From Candidatus Saccharimonadota bacterium (GTDB lineage Bacteria > Patescibacteriota > Microgenomatia > UBA1406 > GWC2-37-13), in assembly GCA_016432445.1 (NCBI GenBank), contig CP066689.1, positions 1-32,000 of the forward strand: DNA of 32,000 nucleotides, read 5' to 3'. This document shows, one piece after another, positions 16,226 to 22,468 of this stretch (position 1 is the first letter of the stretch; each line of letters opens with the position of its first letter). The notes beneath the pieces were generated by a model, which was not told where the DNA came from, made no database searches, and worked only from the letters and a program-made list of their open reading frames with translations. Position numbers and translations under genes: made by a program.

Positions 16226-16543
16226 TTTAAATGAATAATAGATATTAAGGATAAGCTTTGCGTGATCTTATGCTTTTGGATGTGTTTTAAGTTAAAGGAT
16301 TAAAGAGAAGATCCTCCAAGACGGGGCAAAATGAAACTTTTTCCCTAACTTAAACGGGTAGATGTGACCCGTATGCTTAATGCATCGGAGTACAACATCT
16401 CATTTCCACGTTCCGACTACGCCGAGAACGGGATTACCCTTAGGGGTGAATCGTATAAAGAAAAAGTTTTCAATTTACTTCCTCATTAGGAGGATCACCT
16501 CTATTTTACTAAAGCCTATTTCACTTTGTCAAGCGACAATTGG
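16226..16543. other. repeat-free, relatively GC-richer non-coding stretch: candidate structured RNA or long rho leader
   Basis: No credible ORF. Local hairpins include acgggt-agatgtg-acccgt (about 16354-16372). An 8-bp long-range complement joins gatcctcc (16310-16317) and ggaggatc (16489-16496). No match that I can see to the RNase P, tmRNA or SRP cores. Confidence 0.25.
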
Positions 16544-16613
16544 ATATTCGATCTTGAATCTGAGATCTTAGGTCTTAGATTATCGAAGATCAAAAATCTA
16601 ACATCTTAAGATC
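16544..16613. repeat. family C/D heptamer array (exactly ten 7-nt units)
   Basis: atattcg atcttga atctgag atcttag gtcttag attatcg aagatca aaaatct aacatct taagatc. Confidence 0.85.
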
Positions 16614-16621
16614 AATTAGTA

Positions 16622-16627
16622 TATAAT
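16622..16627 (+). promoter_or_regulatory. -10 box (TATAAT) 6 nt upstream of the ATG: leaderless-type start
   Basis: tataat ttactt ATG(16634), with no Shine-Dalgarno. Confidence 0.4.
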
Positions 16628-16633
16628 TTACTT

Positions 16634-16873
16634 ATGATGACTCGTAAACTTCCTTATCTTTTTTTATTCTCATTAATTGTTATTTTAACTTTTATCTTAG
16701 GTGTAAAATACGGTAAAAAAGTCGAACAAGCCAATAAAATTAATTCTTATCTTTTAAAAATCACCCCCTCTGCCTCGCCGAAGCCTAGCGAAGGCGGGTC
16801 AATCTCCCTAGCTCCTACAAAAGTCAGCACTCCCTCCGCCACCGTGAGTCCAAAACCAACAAAAACCCAATAA
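16634..16873 (+). CDS. small membrane-anchored Pro/Ser/Thr-rich protein (hypothetical)
   Basis: 79-aa ORF with an N-terminal TM segment (LPYLFLFSLIVILTFILGV). Contains a 30-nt GC-rich element (16771-16800) shared with thyA. The TATAAT-N6-ATG context supports expression. Confidence 0.5.
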   Translation: MMTRKLPYLFLFSLIVILTFILGVKYGKKVEQANKINSYLLKITPSASPKPSEGGSISLAPTKVSTPSATVSPKPTKTQ

Positions 16874-16881
16874 GCAAGTAT

Positions 16882-16921
16882 GTCATTTCGACCCTGAGCG
16901 AAATCGAAGGGGAGAAATGAC
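16882..16921. repeat. 40-nt palindromic element GTCATTTC...GAAATGAC
   Basis: gtcatttcg accctgag cgaaatcgaaggggagaaatgac, with 8-bp terminal inverted repeats and the inner stem tttcg/cgaaa. The termini resemble the 90-nt element at 4430. Confidence 0.7.
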
Positions 16922-16935
16922 TGAAACGGATGAAT

Positions 16936-16941
16936 TATAAT
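16936..16941 (+). promoter_or_regulatory. -10 box (TATAAT) 6 nt upstream of the fmt ATG
   Basis: tataat tactct ATG(16948). Confidence 0.4.
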
Positions 16942-16947
16942 TACTCT

Positions 16948-17961
16948 ATGAAGAAACTGAAAATTGCTTATTTTGGAACGCCTTATTTCTCAGCTGATTT
17001 TCTTGAAAAAATTTTAACTGACAATGAACTGCCAGTTGAAGTTAAGTTTATCATCACTCAGCCTGACCAACCCGCTGGTAGAAAACAAACTCTTACCCCT
17101 ACACCTGTTAAAGAAATGGCAAAAAAATATGGAATTGATGTTTATGGGCATTTGGCAGGTGGCGCGAATTTAGGGATCCCATCAGCGCGCAGGTTTAAAC
17201 GAGCACTGATGGGAAAAAATGAGCGACAGAATCTGCCAAATGCATTGAAAAATATTGACATCGCTCTCCTTTACGCTTACGGAAAAATCATTCCCTCCAA
17301 TCTTCTAACTATTCCTAAACTGGGATTTTGGAACATCCATCCCTCGCTTTTGCCTAAATATCGCGGCCCTTCGCCCATGGCTACCCCTTTAATTTTAGGA
17401 GATAAAGAAACAGGAGTTACCTTAATCAAGATGGATGAACAAATGGATCATGGACCAATTATCGCTCAGGAAAAGTATGAGATAAAACCTGATGACAGGC
17501 GCCCGGATCTGGAAAAAAAATTAACAGATTTGGGATATGAAATATTTAAAAAAACAATCATTAATTGTAGGCACAGGTCGCGACCTGTCCCTACCCGCGA
17601 ACAAGACCACATCCACGCCACCTACACTCACCTTCTTAACAAAAACGATGGCTTCATTCCTTTTGAAATTCTAAACTCGATCATCAATAATCGATCTTCG
17701 AAAGTCGAAAGTCGAATATCTAAAATCAAAGATCAAAGATCTAAGATCTACAACCTTTTCCGCGGTCTCTATCCCTGGCCAGGCATCTGGACAAAAGTCA
17801 ATATTAACGGCCAGGAAAAACGGTTAAAGATTACAGACATGGAATGTAGGGACAACCCTAGGGTTGTCCCTAGTTGTGAATTAATCATCAAAAAAGTCCA
17901 ACTCGAAGACAAAAAAGAAGTCGATTTTAAAATCTTCCAAAAAGCCTATTTATTGTTTTAA
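16948..17961 (+). CDS. fmt: methionyl-tRNA formyltransferase
   Basis: MKKLKIAYFGTPYFS..., ITQPDQPAGRK, FWNIHPSLLPKYRGPSPM, TGVTLIKMDEQMDHGPII. The ATG at 16948 is preferred over the track start at 16930. Four repeat-derived in-frame inserts. Confidence 0.85.
   Translation: MKKLKIAYFGTPYFSADFLEKILTDNELPVEVKFIITQPDQPAGRKQTLTPTPVKEMAKKYGIDVYGHLAGGANLGIPSARRFKRALMGKNERQNLPNALKNIDIALLYAYGKIIPSNLLTIPKLGFWNIHPSLLPKYRGPSPMATPLILGDKETGVTLIKMDEQMDHGPIIAQEKYEIKPDDRRPDLEKKLTDLGYEIFKKTIINCRHRSRPVPTREQDHIHATYTHLLNKNDGFIPFEILNSIINNRSSKVESRISKIKDQRSKIYNLFRGLYPWPGIWTKVNINGQEKRLKITDMECRDNPRVVPSCELIIKKVQLEDKKEVDFKIFQKAYLLF
17148..17243 (+). repeat. 96-nt hairpin element, copy 1 (in-frame in fmt, 32 codons)
   Basis: The termini gcatttggcag ... 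ctgccaaatgc form a perfect 11-bp inverted repeat, with an inner stem cccatcag/ctgatggg. 86 of 96 positions are identical to 25722..25817. Encodes HLAGGANLGIPSARRFKRALMGKNERQNLPNA. Confidence 0.9.
17567..17594. repeat. 28-nt near-perfect palindrome in-frame in fmt
   Basis: gtaggcacaggtcg|cgacctgtccctac, with 13 of 14 positions pairing. Encodes CRHRSRPVPT. Confidence 0.85.
17677..17751 (+). repeat. family D/C heptamer array (10-11 units) in-frame in fmt
   Basis: tcgatca tcaataa tcgatct tcgaaag tcgaaag tcgaata tctaaaa tcaaaga tcaaaga tctaaga tctac, encoding SIINNRSSKVESRISKIKDQRSKIY. Confidence 0.9.
17847..17872. repeat. 26-nt perfect palindrome in-frame in fmt
   Basis: tagggacaaccctagggttgtcccta is its own reverse complement. 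Its arms are shared with 17567..17594. Encodes CRDNPRVVPS. Confidence 0.9.
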
Positions 17962-19227
17962 CAATTCTTCATAATTATACATCGCAGTTGTTCTTCCTGA
18001 TCTCACTACCCCTACAAAAATATCTCTTGGTTTTCCATCTTTTTTCTGTCTATACCAGGCTTTAAACCACTCTTCATCCATAGCGGCATCAGCTAATTCT
18101 TTCGCTAGATAAAAAAGATTGCTTTCAAATACCACTACTGATGTTTGATCAAAGGCTTCTCCTGGTTTGGCTTTTAATCCTTCAATAATAGGATACTGAA
18201 GTTGTGACAAAACAGTTTCTAGATCTTCTTGAGTCCTCGTTATATAAACTCCTCCATTAATGTTTCTCTCTTTATGATAAGGAGCAAAAATACTAAAAGC
18301 CTTATTCATTCCTCCCATTAAATTGGGATATCTTAATCTGGCGCCAATAATTGAGTCTCTTACCACCACAAAGCAGGGTCTTTGAGTTCCCATTTTTTCT
18401 CTGAAAGTAGGATCTTCTTTTAATTTTCTTTTAACTTTATTTTGATTATCGATAAGAGCGGGACGAAATATCTCTGGTATTTCTTCTAGCTTTAAGCTTT
18501 GAGGGTAACCATCCGGATACATTAACTTAGTATCTCTAATATCATGAAGAGGCACAGATGTATAAGCTCCTTTGCCCCCAGCCCAGACATAACCCATGGG
18601 GATGATAAGTCCGGTTCGGTGATCTACTGTCCCAACAAGAATATGTTTATCAGGAGCGTATTTGGCTATTAATTTTGCTCTTTCCCAAGGCTGCAAAAAA
18701 ACATCCGAACTAATAACATTACTATCTACGTATTTCATAATTGGTAAATCTCTTTCTTCTTCAGATACTGATCCATGAGACAGATGTTTTTTGACAGTCC
18801 TGCCTCCACAACCTTCAGGACTTTCATCAGGAGTTAAGGCTTGGCTATCAAAATGAGAAAGAACAAATATTTGCCCTACTCCTTCATGGTTTAAAACATA
18901 AGCAGTCCTTTCAATTGGAGCTGAGCCGGCCACTGAGTTTAAACTGGCAACTTGTGGCCCCATAGTATCAAACAATGGTTCAGCTGCGCTTCGTGCATCA
19001 CTGCAAACATCAACTACAATTCTTGCATGCAATGATTTTGCTTCCAAAGCTCTACGAATATTATTTTGTGCTTCGGGAGATTGATTATCTTTTAAGAATA
19101 AATCAGCGGTAAAAGGAAGCTCTTTGAATTTACTTCTCTCAGGCTCAGGTAAAGATTTTTCCATATAATGATAACGATAGGAAGCTCCAATTCTACCAAA
19201 ATAAGTATTTTTTTCAACGTAAGACAC
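17950..19227 (-). CDS. uncharacterised protein with a beta-carbonic-anhydrase-like CxDxR / H...GCG motif set
   Basis: 425-aa ORF with a GTG start at 19227. Motifs VDVCSDARSAAEPLFD, IFVLSHFDSQALTPDESPEGCGG and ILVGTVDHRTGLII. Its 3' end overlaps fmt convergently by 12 nt. The function call is tentative. Confidence 0.7.
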   Translation of the reverse strand: MSYVEKNTYFGRIGASYRYHYMEKSLPEPERSKFKELPFTADLFLKDNQSPEAQNNIRRALEAKSLHARIVVDVCSDARSAAEPLFDTMGPQVASLNSVAGSAPIERTAYVLNHEGVGQIFVLSHFDSQALTPDESPEGCGGRTVKKHLSHGSVSEEERDLPIMKYVDSNVISSDVFLQPWERAKLIAKYAPDKHILVGTVDHRTGLIIPMGYVWAGGKGAYTSVPLHDIRDTKLMYPDGYPQSLKLEEIPEIFRPALIDNQNKVKRKLKEDPTFREKMGTQRPCFVVVRDSIIGARLRYPNLMGGMNKAFSIFAPYHKERNINGGVYITRTQEDLETVLSQLQYPIIEGLKAKPGEAFDQTSVVVFESNLFYLAKELADAAMDEEWFKAWYRQKKDGKPRDIFVGVVRSGRTTAMYNYEELLKQ

Positions 19228-19280
19228 CGCGGGAGTGTACTAGAGTATCTTGACAATCTAAGATAAAACTCGATCAATTA

Positions 19281-20033
19281 CTACAGCCTAAAAAGGCTGC
19301 CGATAAAGTAGGCGACAATGGCCGCCACTCCCCCAAGCAATATAGTCTCCCCCACCGACCTTAACCAGCTTTCTGTTGACAATCTCCATCTCAAAACGCC
19401 AAGAATAATCAATGCTAAAAAAGTGGAAATAGCAGAAAACATAAAAATATTTGGATCATTTCTGAAAAATAAATAAGGAATTAAAGGAATTAAACCAAAG
19501 ACGATAAAAGAGGTAAAAGTAGCTAGAGCCATAAAAACAGGTTTGTCGCGCCCTGGATCTGCCATCTCAAGCTCCTGGCTCATCATAAAATTTAGCCAGT
19601 ATTTTTCGTTAGTCGCATATATACTAACCAATTTTTCAGCCTGAGCTTTTGAAAAACCTTTTTGCATTAATATCTCAATGCTTTCTGCTTTTTCAGCTTC
19701 AGGATTATTGCGGATTTCATAACGTTCTTTTTTTTCTTCGGAAAAGTAGACATTCTGATGTGATCTAGTTGATAAAAAATTACCTAAAGCCATTGAGACA
19801 CCATCAGCAAATAAGTTGGCCAACCCAAAAAGAAGTACCAACAATAGTGAAATCTTTTCAAAATTCTGAGTCTGGGCGCCGGCAAAACCGGCAACAACAG
19901 CAAATGTCGTTACGATCCCATCATTGCCTCCATAAACAATCTCTCTTAAATAAATTGACAAAGGAGATAACCTGTGCTCTAATGCCAAATGTTTTTTTAG
20001 GTCAAAACCGGTATGCTGCTTTTTTAATTTCAT
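19281..20033 (-). CDS. VIT1/CCC1-family (iron/manganese transporter-like) membrane protein
   Basis: REIVYGGNDGIVTTFAVVAGFAGA is followed by TM helices and a C-terminal TM bundle. The ATG at 20033 (MKLKKQ) is preferred because the track start at 20048 is in the repeat. Confidence 0.7.
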   Translation of the reverse strand: MKLKKQHTGFDLKKHLALEHRLSPLSIYLREIVYGGNDGIVTTFAVVAGFAGAQTQNFEKISLLLVLLFGLANLFADGVSMALGNFLSTRSHQNVYFSEEKKERYEIRNNPEAEKAESIEILMQKGFSKAQAEKLVSIYATNEKYWLNFMMSQELEMADPGRDKPVFMALATFTSFIVFGLIPLIPYLFFRNDPNIFMFSAISTFLALIILGVLRWRLSTESWLRSVGETILLGGVAAIVAYFIGSLFRL

Positions 20034-20039
20034 AAACTT

Positions 20040-20106
20040 CAAATTCAAATGTCAAAGCTCAAATTTTGGATTTGTTTTGACATTTGTCATTTGAAATTTG
20101 GATTTA
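20040..20106. repeat. family A heptamer hairpin array
   Basis: caaattcaaatgtcaaagctcaaat ... ttgttttgacatttgtcatttgaaatttggattt, between the tgt stop and the VIT-like start. Confidence 0.8.
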
Positions 20107-21222
20107 AATCTCATTTCTCCTAATTGACTCCCTAACACTCTCCATAAATCTCTTCATTACCCATAAATTATGGTAAGTTGCTAAAGTATAACCCAAAAGT
20201 TCTTTCTGTTTAAACAGATGATAAAGATAAGCTTTAGTAAAGTTTTGGCAAACATAACACTCACAGTTCTCATCCACCCTTTCTAAATTATCTTTATATA
20301 TAGTCTTATTAATATCAATCTTCTCCCATCTTTGAAATTTGAAATTTGAAATTTGGATTTGATAGATAGTCCCCATTCTCGCCAGTCTGGTGGGTTCAAC
20401 ACAGTCAAAAGTATCAATACCATAGCCCACCAAATCTAAAATGTCATCAGCATGCCCCACTCCCAAAAGATGCACGGGTTTATCTTCAGGCAAATACTCT
20501 GAAACCCAGGAAACCTGCTGTCTCATCTCCTCTTTTGTCTCCCCCACTGACACACCACCTATTGCCACACCATCAGTGTTTTGAGAAACAACAAATTTAG
20601 CTGACTCCTTTCTCAAATTCTCATATTTCCCTCCCTGAATGATCCCATAAAGGAATTGAAATTTTTGATTTTTGATATTCGATATTCGAAAATCGATTGT
20701 CGAAGATCGAATGCACCTTTTTAGCCATTCATGCGTTCTCTCCATTGACTTTTTTGCATAAACGTGATCAGCTCCGCAGTCTAAACACTCATCAAAAGCC
20801 ATGATTAAATCCGCCCCAATCTTTTTCTGATACTCAATTGATTTTTCAGGAGTAAACTCAACCAAAGTGCCATCATAAGTTGACCTGAACTTGACTCCAT
20901 CTTCGGAAATTTTTTCCACCAATGGTTCTTCTTCCCCAAAAACCTTAGCTTTACGCTTGCCGGTAGCTAAAGAAAAAACCTGAAATCCGCCTGAATCAGA
21001 CATTAAAGGAACTTCAAGTTTAGAAAATCCATGAATGCCGCCGGCTTTTTCAATAATTTCAACTCCCGGATGAGTAACTAAATGGTAGCAGTTAACAAAA
21101 GCTACCTTAACCCCGACCTCTTTAACTTGTTTGGGAGTTAAAGACTTTAAAGTTCCTTTTGTAGCCACAGGCACAAAAGCCGGAGTTTCAATCTCACCAT
21201 GAAAAGTTGCAATTTTGCCCAA
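20104..21222 (-). CDS. tgt: tRNA-guanine transglycosylase (queuine tRNA-ribosyltransferase)
   Basis: HGEIETPAFVPVATKGTLK, MSDSGGFQVFSL, IMAFDEC, YGIIQGG, AIGGVSVGE, LLGVGH, FDCVEPTRLAR, CECYVCQNFTKAYLYHL (zinc site). The first canonical start is TTG at 21222, but homology continues upstream to about 21270 (see findings). Two heptamer inserts. Confidence 0.9.
   Translation of the reverse strand: MGKIATFHGEIETPAFVPVATKGTLKSLTPKQVKEVGVKVAFVNCYHLVTHPGVEIIEKAGGIHGFSKLEVPLMSDSGGFQVFSLATGKRKAKVFGEEEPLVEKISEDGVKFRSTYDGTLVEFTPEKSIEYQKKIGADLIMAFDECLDCGADHVYAKKSMERTHEWLKRCIRSSTIDFRISNIKNQKFQFLYGIIQGGKYENLRKESAKFVVSQNTDGVAIGGVSVGETKEEMRQQVSWVSEYLPEDKPVHLLGVGHADDILDLVGYGIDTFDCVEPTRLARMGTIYQIQISNFKFQRWEKIDINKTIYKDNLERVDENCECYVCQNFTKAYLYHLFKQKELLGYTLATYHNLWVMKRFMESVRESIRRNEI
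20331..20363. repeat. heptamer array (TTTGAAA units) in-frame in tgt
   Basis: tttgaaa tttgaaa tttgaaa tttggat ttgat, which on the coding strand gives QIQISNFKFQR. Confidence 0.85.
20655..20710. repeat. family D heptamer array (8 units) in-frame in tgt
   Basis: The coding strand tcgatcttcgacaatcgattttcgaatatcgaatatcaaaaatcaaaaatttcaat encodes RSSTIDFRISNIKNQKFQ. A 19-nt stretch is identical to the glycosyltransferase copy. Confidence 0.9.
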
Positions 21223-21269
21223 TCGCGCCCTTGATTTTCCCGATTTATGTTCTACCTGAAAAAATTTTA

Positions 21270-21821
21270 CTATTTTTCCAAATCTACAAACTTATACGTA
21301 TATTTTCCCGACTTGCCCTTTTTCTCAAAGACTTTTTTCTTAAACTCGCAGTAATCTGGGAAAAAGGTGTCAGCCTTATATTTCCCTTCAACTATGGTTA
21401 GATAAAGTTTATCTGTGTACTTCATTGCTTCATTGTAAATTTGACCCCCGCCAATTATAAAGATCTCTTTTTTATCGGGAAGCCTTTCTTTTGCAACTTT
21501 AATAGCATCCTCTAATGAATTACAAACAATAGTATGACCATGGCGAAGATATCCGTTTTGAAGTGTCGCTTGGGTTCTCCCGAAGGGTGAAGCGCACGAA
21601 AAACGAGGTATCGAGCCACTTCGAGTAACAATAATGTTTAAGCGATTTGGTAATGGCCTTCCAATAGATTCGTATGTCTTTCTCCCCATCACAACCGCAT
21701 GGCCTTTGGTTATTTTTCTGAATCTTTCCAAATCCTCAGGAATATCCCACAAAAGCTTATTATCCTTCCCTAAAGCCCTATGTTCATCAATAATGGCAAT
21801 CATGCTAATCTTTGGTTTCAT
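21270..21821 (-). CDS. folA: dihydrofolate reductase
   Basis: ISMIAIIDEHRALGKDNKLLW, VVMGRKTYESIGRPLPNRLNIIVTR, IFIIGGGQIYNE, LYLTIVEG...DTFFP. The ATG at 21821 (MKPKIS) is preferred, with TATCAT 7 nt upstream. Carries an extra segment of roughly 22 aa relative to E. coli FolA. Confidence 0.85.
   Translation of the reverse strand: MKPKISMIAIIDEHRALGKDNKLLWDIPEDLERFRKITKGHAVVMGRKTYESIGRPLPNRLNIIVTRSGSIPRFSCASPFGRTQATLQNGYLRHGHTIVCNSLEDAIKVAKERLPDKKEIFIIGGGQIYNEAMKYTDKLYLTIVEGKYKADTFFPDYCEFKKKVFEKKGKSGKYTYKFVDLEK
21554..21605. repeat. imperfect palindromic element in-frame in folA
   Basis: cgttttgaagtgtcgctt ... aagcgcacgaaaaacg, with outer stem cgtttt/aaaacg and inner stem gtg(t)cgctt/aagcgcac. 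Encodes part of PRFSCASPFGRTQATLQNG. Confidence 0.55.
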
Positions 21822-21947
21822 GTGATGAATGATATCTGAATCCGCTTTAAAAATCAAGAAAGTGGAAATTTGGGGAAAATATTATATAATATAGTTATAA
21901 AAATGGTCGACAGCAAAGGAATCTCATTTAGAAGATTGTTTTGCGGT

Positions 21948-21985
21948 AAACCAGCATGATCTTAACAAAGACTGCTGGTTTTTTT
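21948..21985 (+). terminator. intrinsic terminator-like hairpin upstream of the DUF2294 gene
   Basis: A 9-bp stem aaaccagca (21948-21956) / tgctggttt (21973-21981) with a 16-nt loop and a run of seven T. No CDS lies upstream on this strand. Confidence 0.5.
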
Positions 21986-22004
21986 AGTTTATAGACTTAA
22001 ATTT

Positions 22005-22385
22005 ATGAACCCCACAAAAACAAAAGGACAAATAGAAGATGATATCTCCAAAAAAACTACGAAGTTTTACTTTGATCATTTGGGCGTTGGCCCCAAAGAA
22101 ACCCGCGTTTATATCATTCATGACATGATTATTGTCCGCCTTAAAGGTAATCTTCTACCTATTGAAAAAAAACTTCTTGAGGCTGAAGGCGGCATAGAAC
22201 TGGTTAAAAATATAAGACAAGCTCTCCATGAGATCACCACCAAACACTTAGGCACAATTATTGAAGAAGTAACAAATCACAAAGTGATAAGTTCTCATAG
22301 CGATATAAGCACCAAAACGGGTGAAAGACTTGAGGTGTTTATACTTGACAGCGATTACGAACAACTTTTAAAAAAAACAGCTTAA
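22005..22385 (+). CDS. DUF2294 / MpsC-like family protein
   Basis: KGQIEDDISKKTTKFYFDHLGVGPKETRVYIIHDMIIVRLKGNLLPIEKKL...HSDISTKTGERLEVFILD matches the pattern I recall for this family. Confidence 0.7.
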   Translation: MNPTKTKGQIEDDISKKTTKFYFDHLGVGPKETRVYIIHDMIIVRLKGNLLPIEKKLLEAEGGIELVKNIRQALHEITTKHLGTIIEEVTNHKVISSHSDISTKTGERLEVFILDSDYEQLLKKTA

Positions 22386-22468
22386 GAAAACTGTAGAAAG
22401 GGCTCAAACTTCTTAAAAAAGGGGCCGGTTAGACAGTAATCTTCTTTAAATTTTTTCCGGACCCTATC

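Noticed and set aside
16489-16500. GGAGGATCACCTC resembles the 3' end of 16S rRNA (GGATCACCTCC).
   Set aside because: It is only a ~10-nt match with no flanking rRNA-like sequence. It more likely forms part of a local hairpin (cctc-atta-ggagg) or long-range pairing in the spacer.
16380-16571. 63-aa ORF inside the long rho-upstream spacer.
   Set aside because: It has no start context and a composition-driven translation (HRSTTSHFHVPTTPRTG...), and it runs into the heptamer array. The region is better treated as non-coding.
17200-17225. CTGATGGGAAAAAATGAG inside the 96-nt element looked superficially like a hammerhead ribozyme core (CUGAUGA...GAAA).
   Set aside because: The conserved CUGAUGAG box is not intact (CUGAUGGG), and I could not place stems I-III or a cleavage-site triplet consistently in both copies.
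21207-21401. Plus-strand ORF spanning the folA/tgt junction, and similar ORFs at 21634..21825, 19769..20035, 19092..19277, 23679..23900, 24479..24670, 26321..26527, 27705..27902, 30755..30946 and 31006..31227.
   Set aside because: They are antisense or out of frame relative to recognisable genes, or are encoded by family A arrays (23679..23900). No support beyond length.
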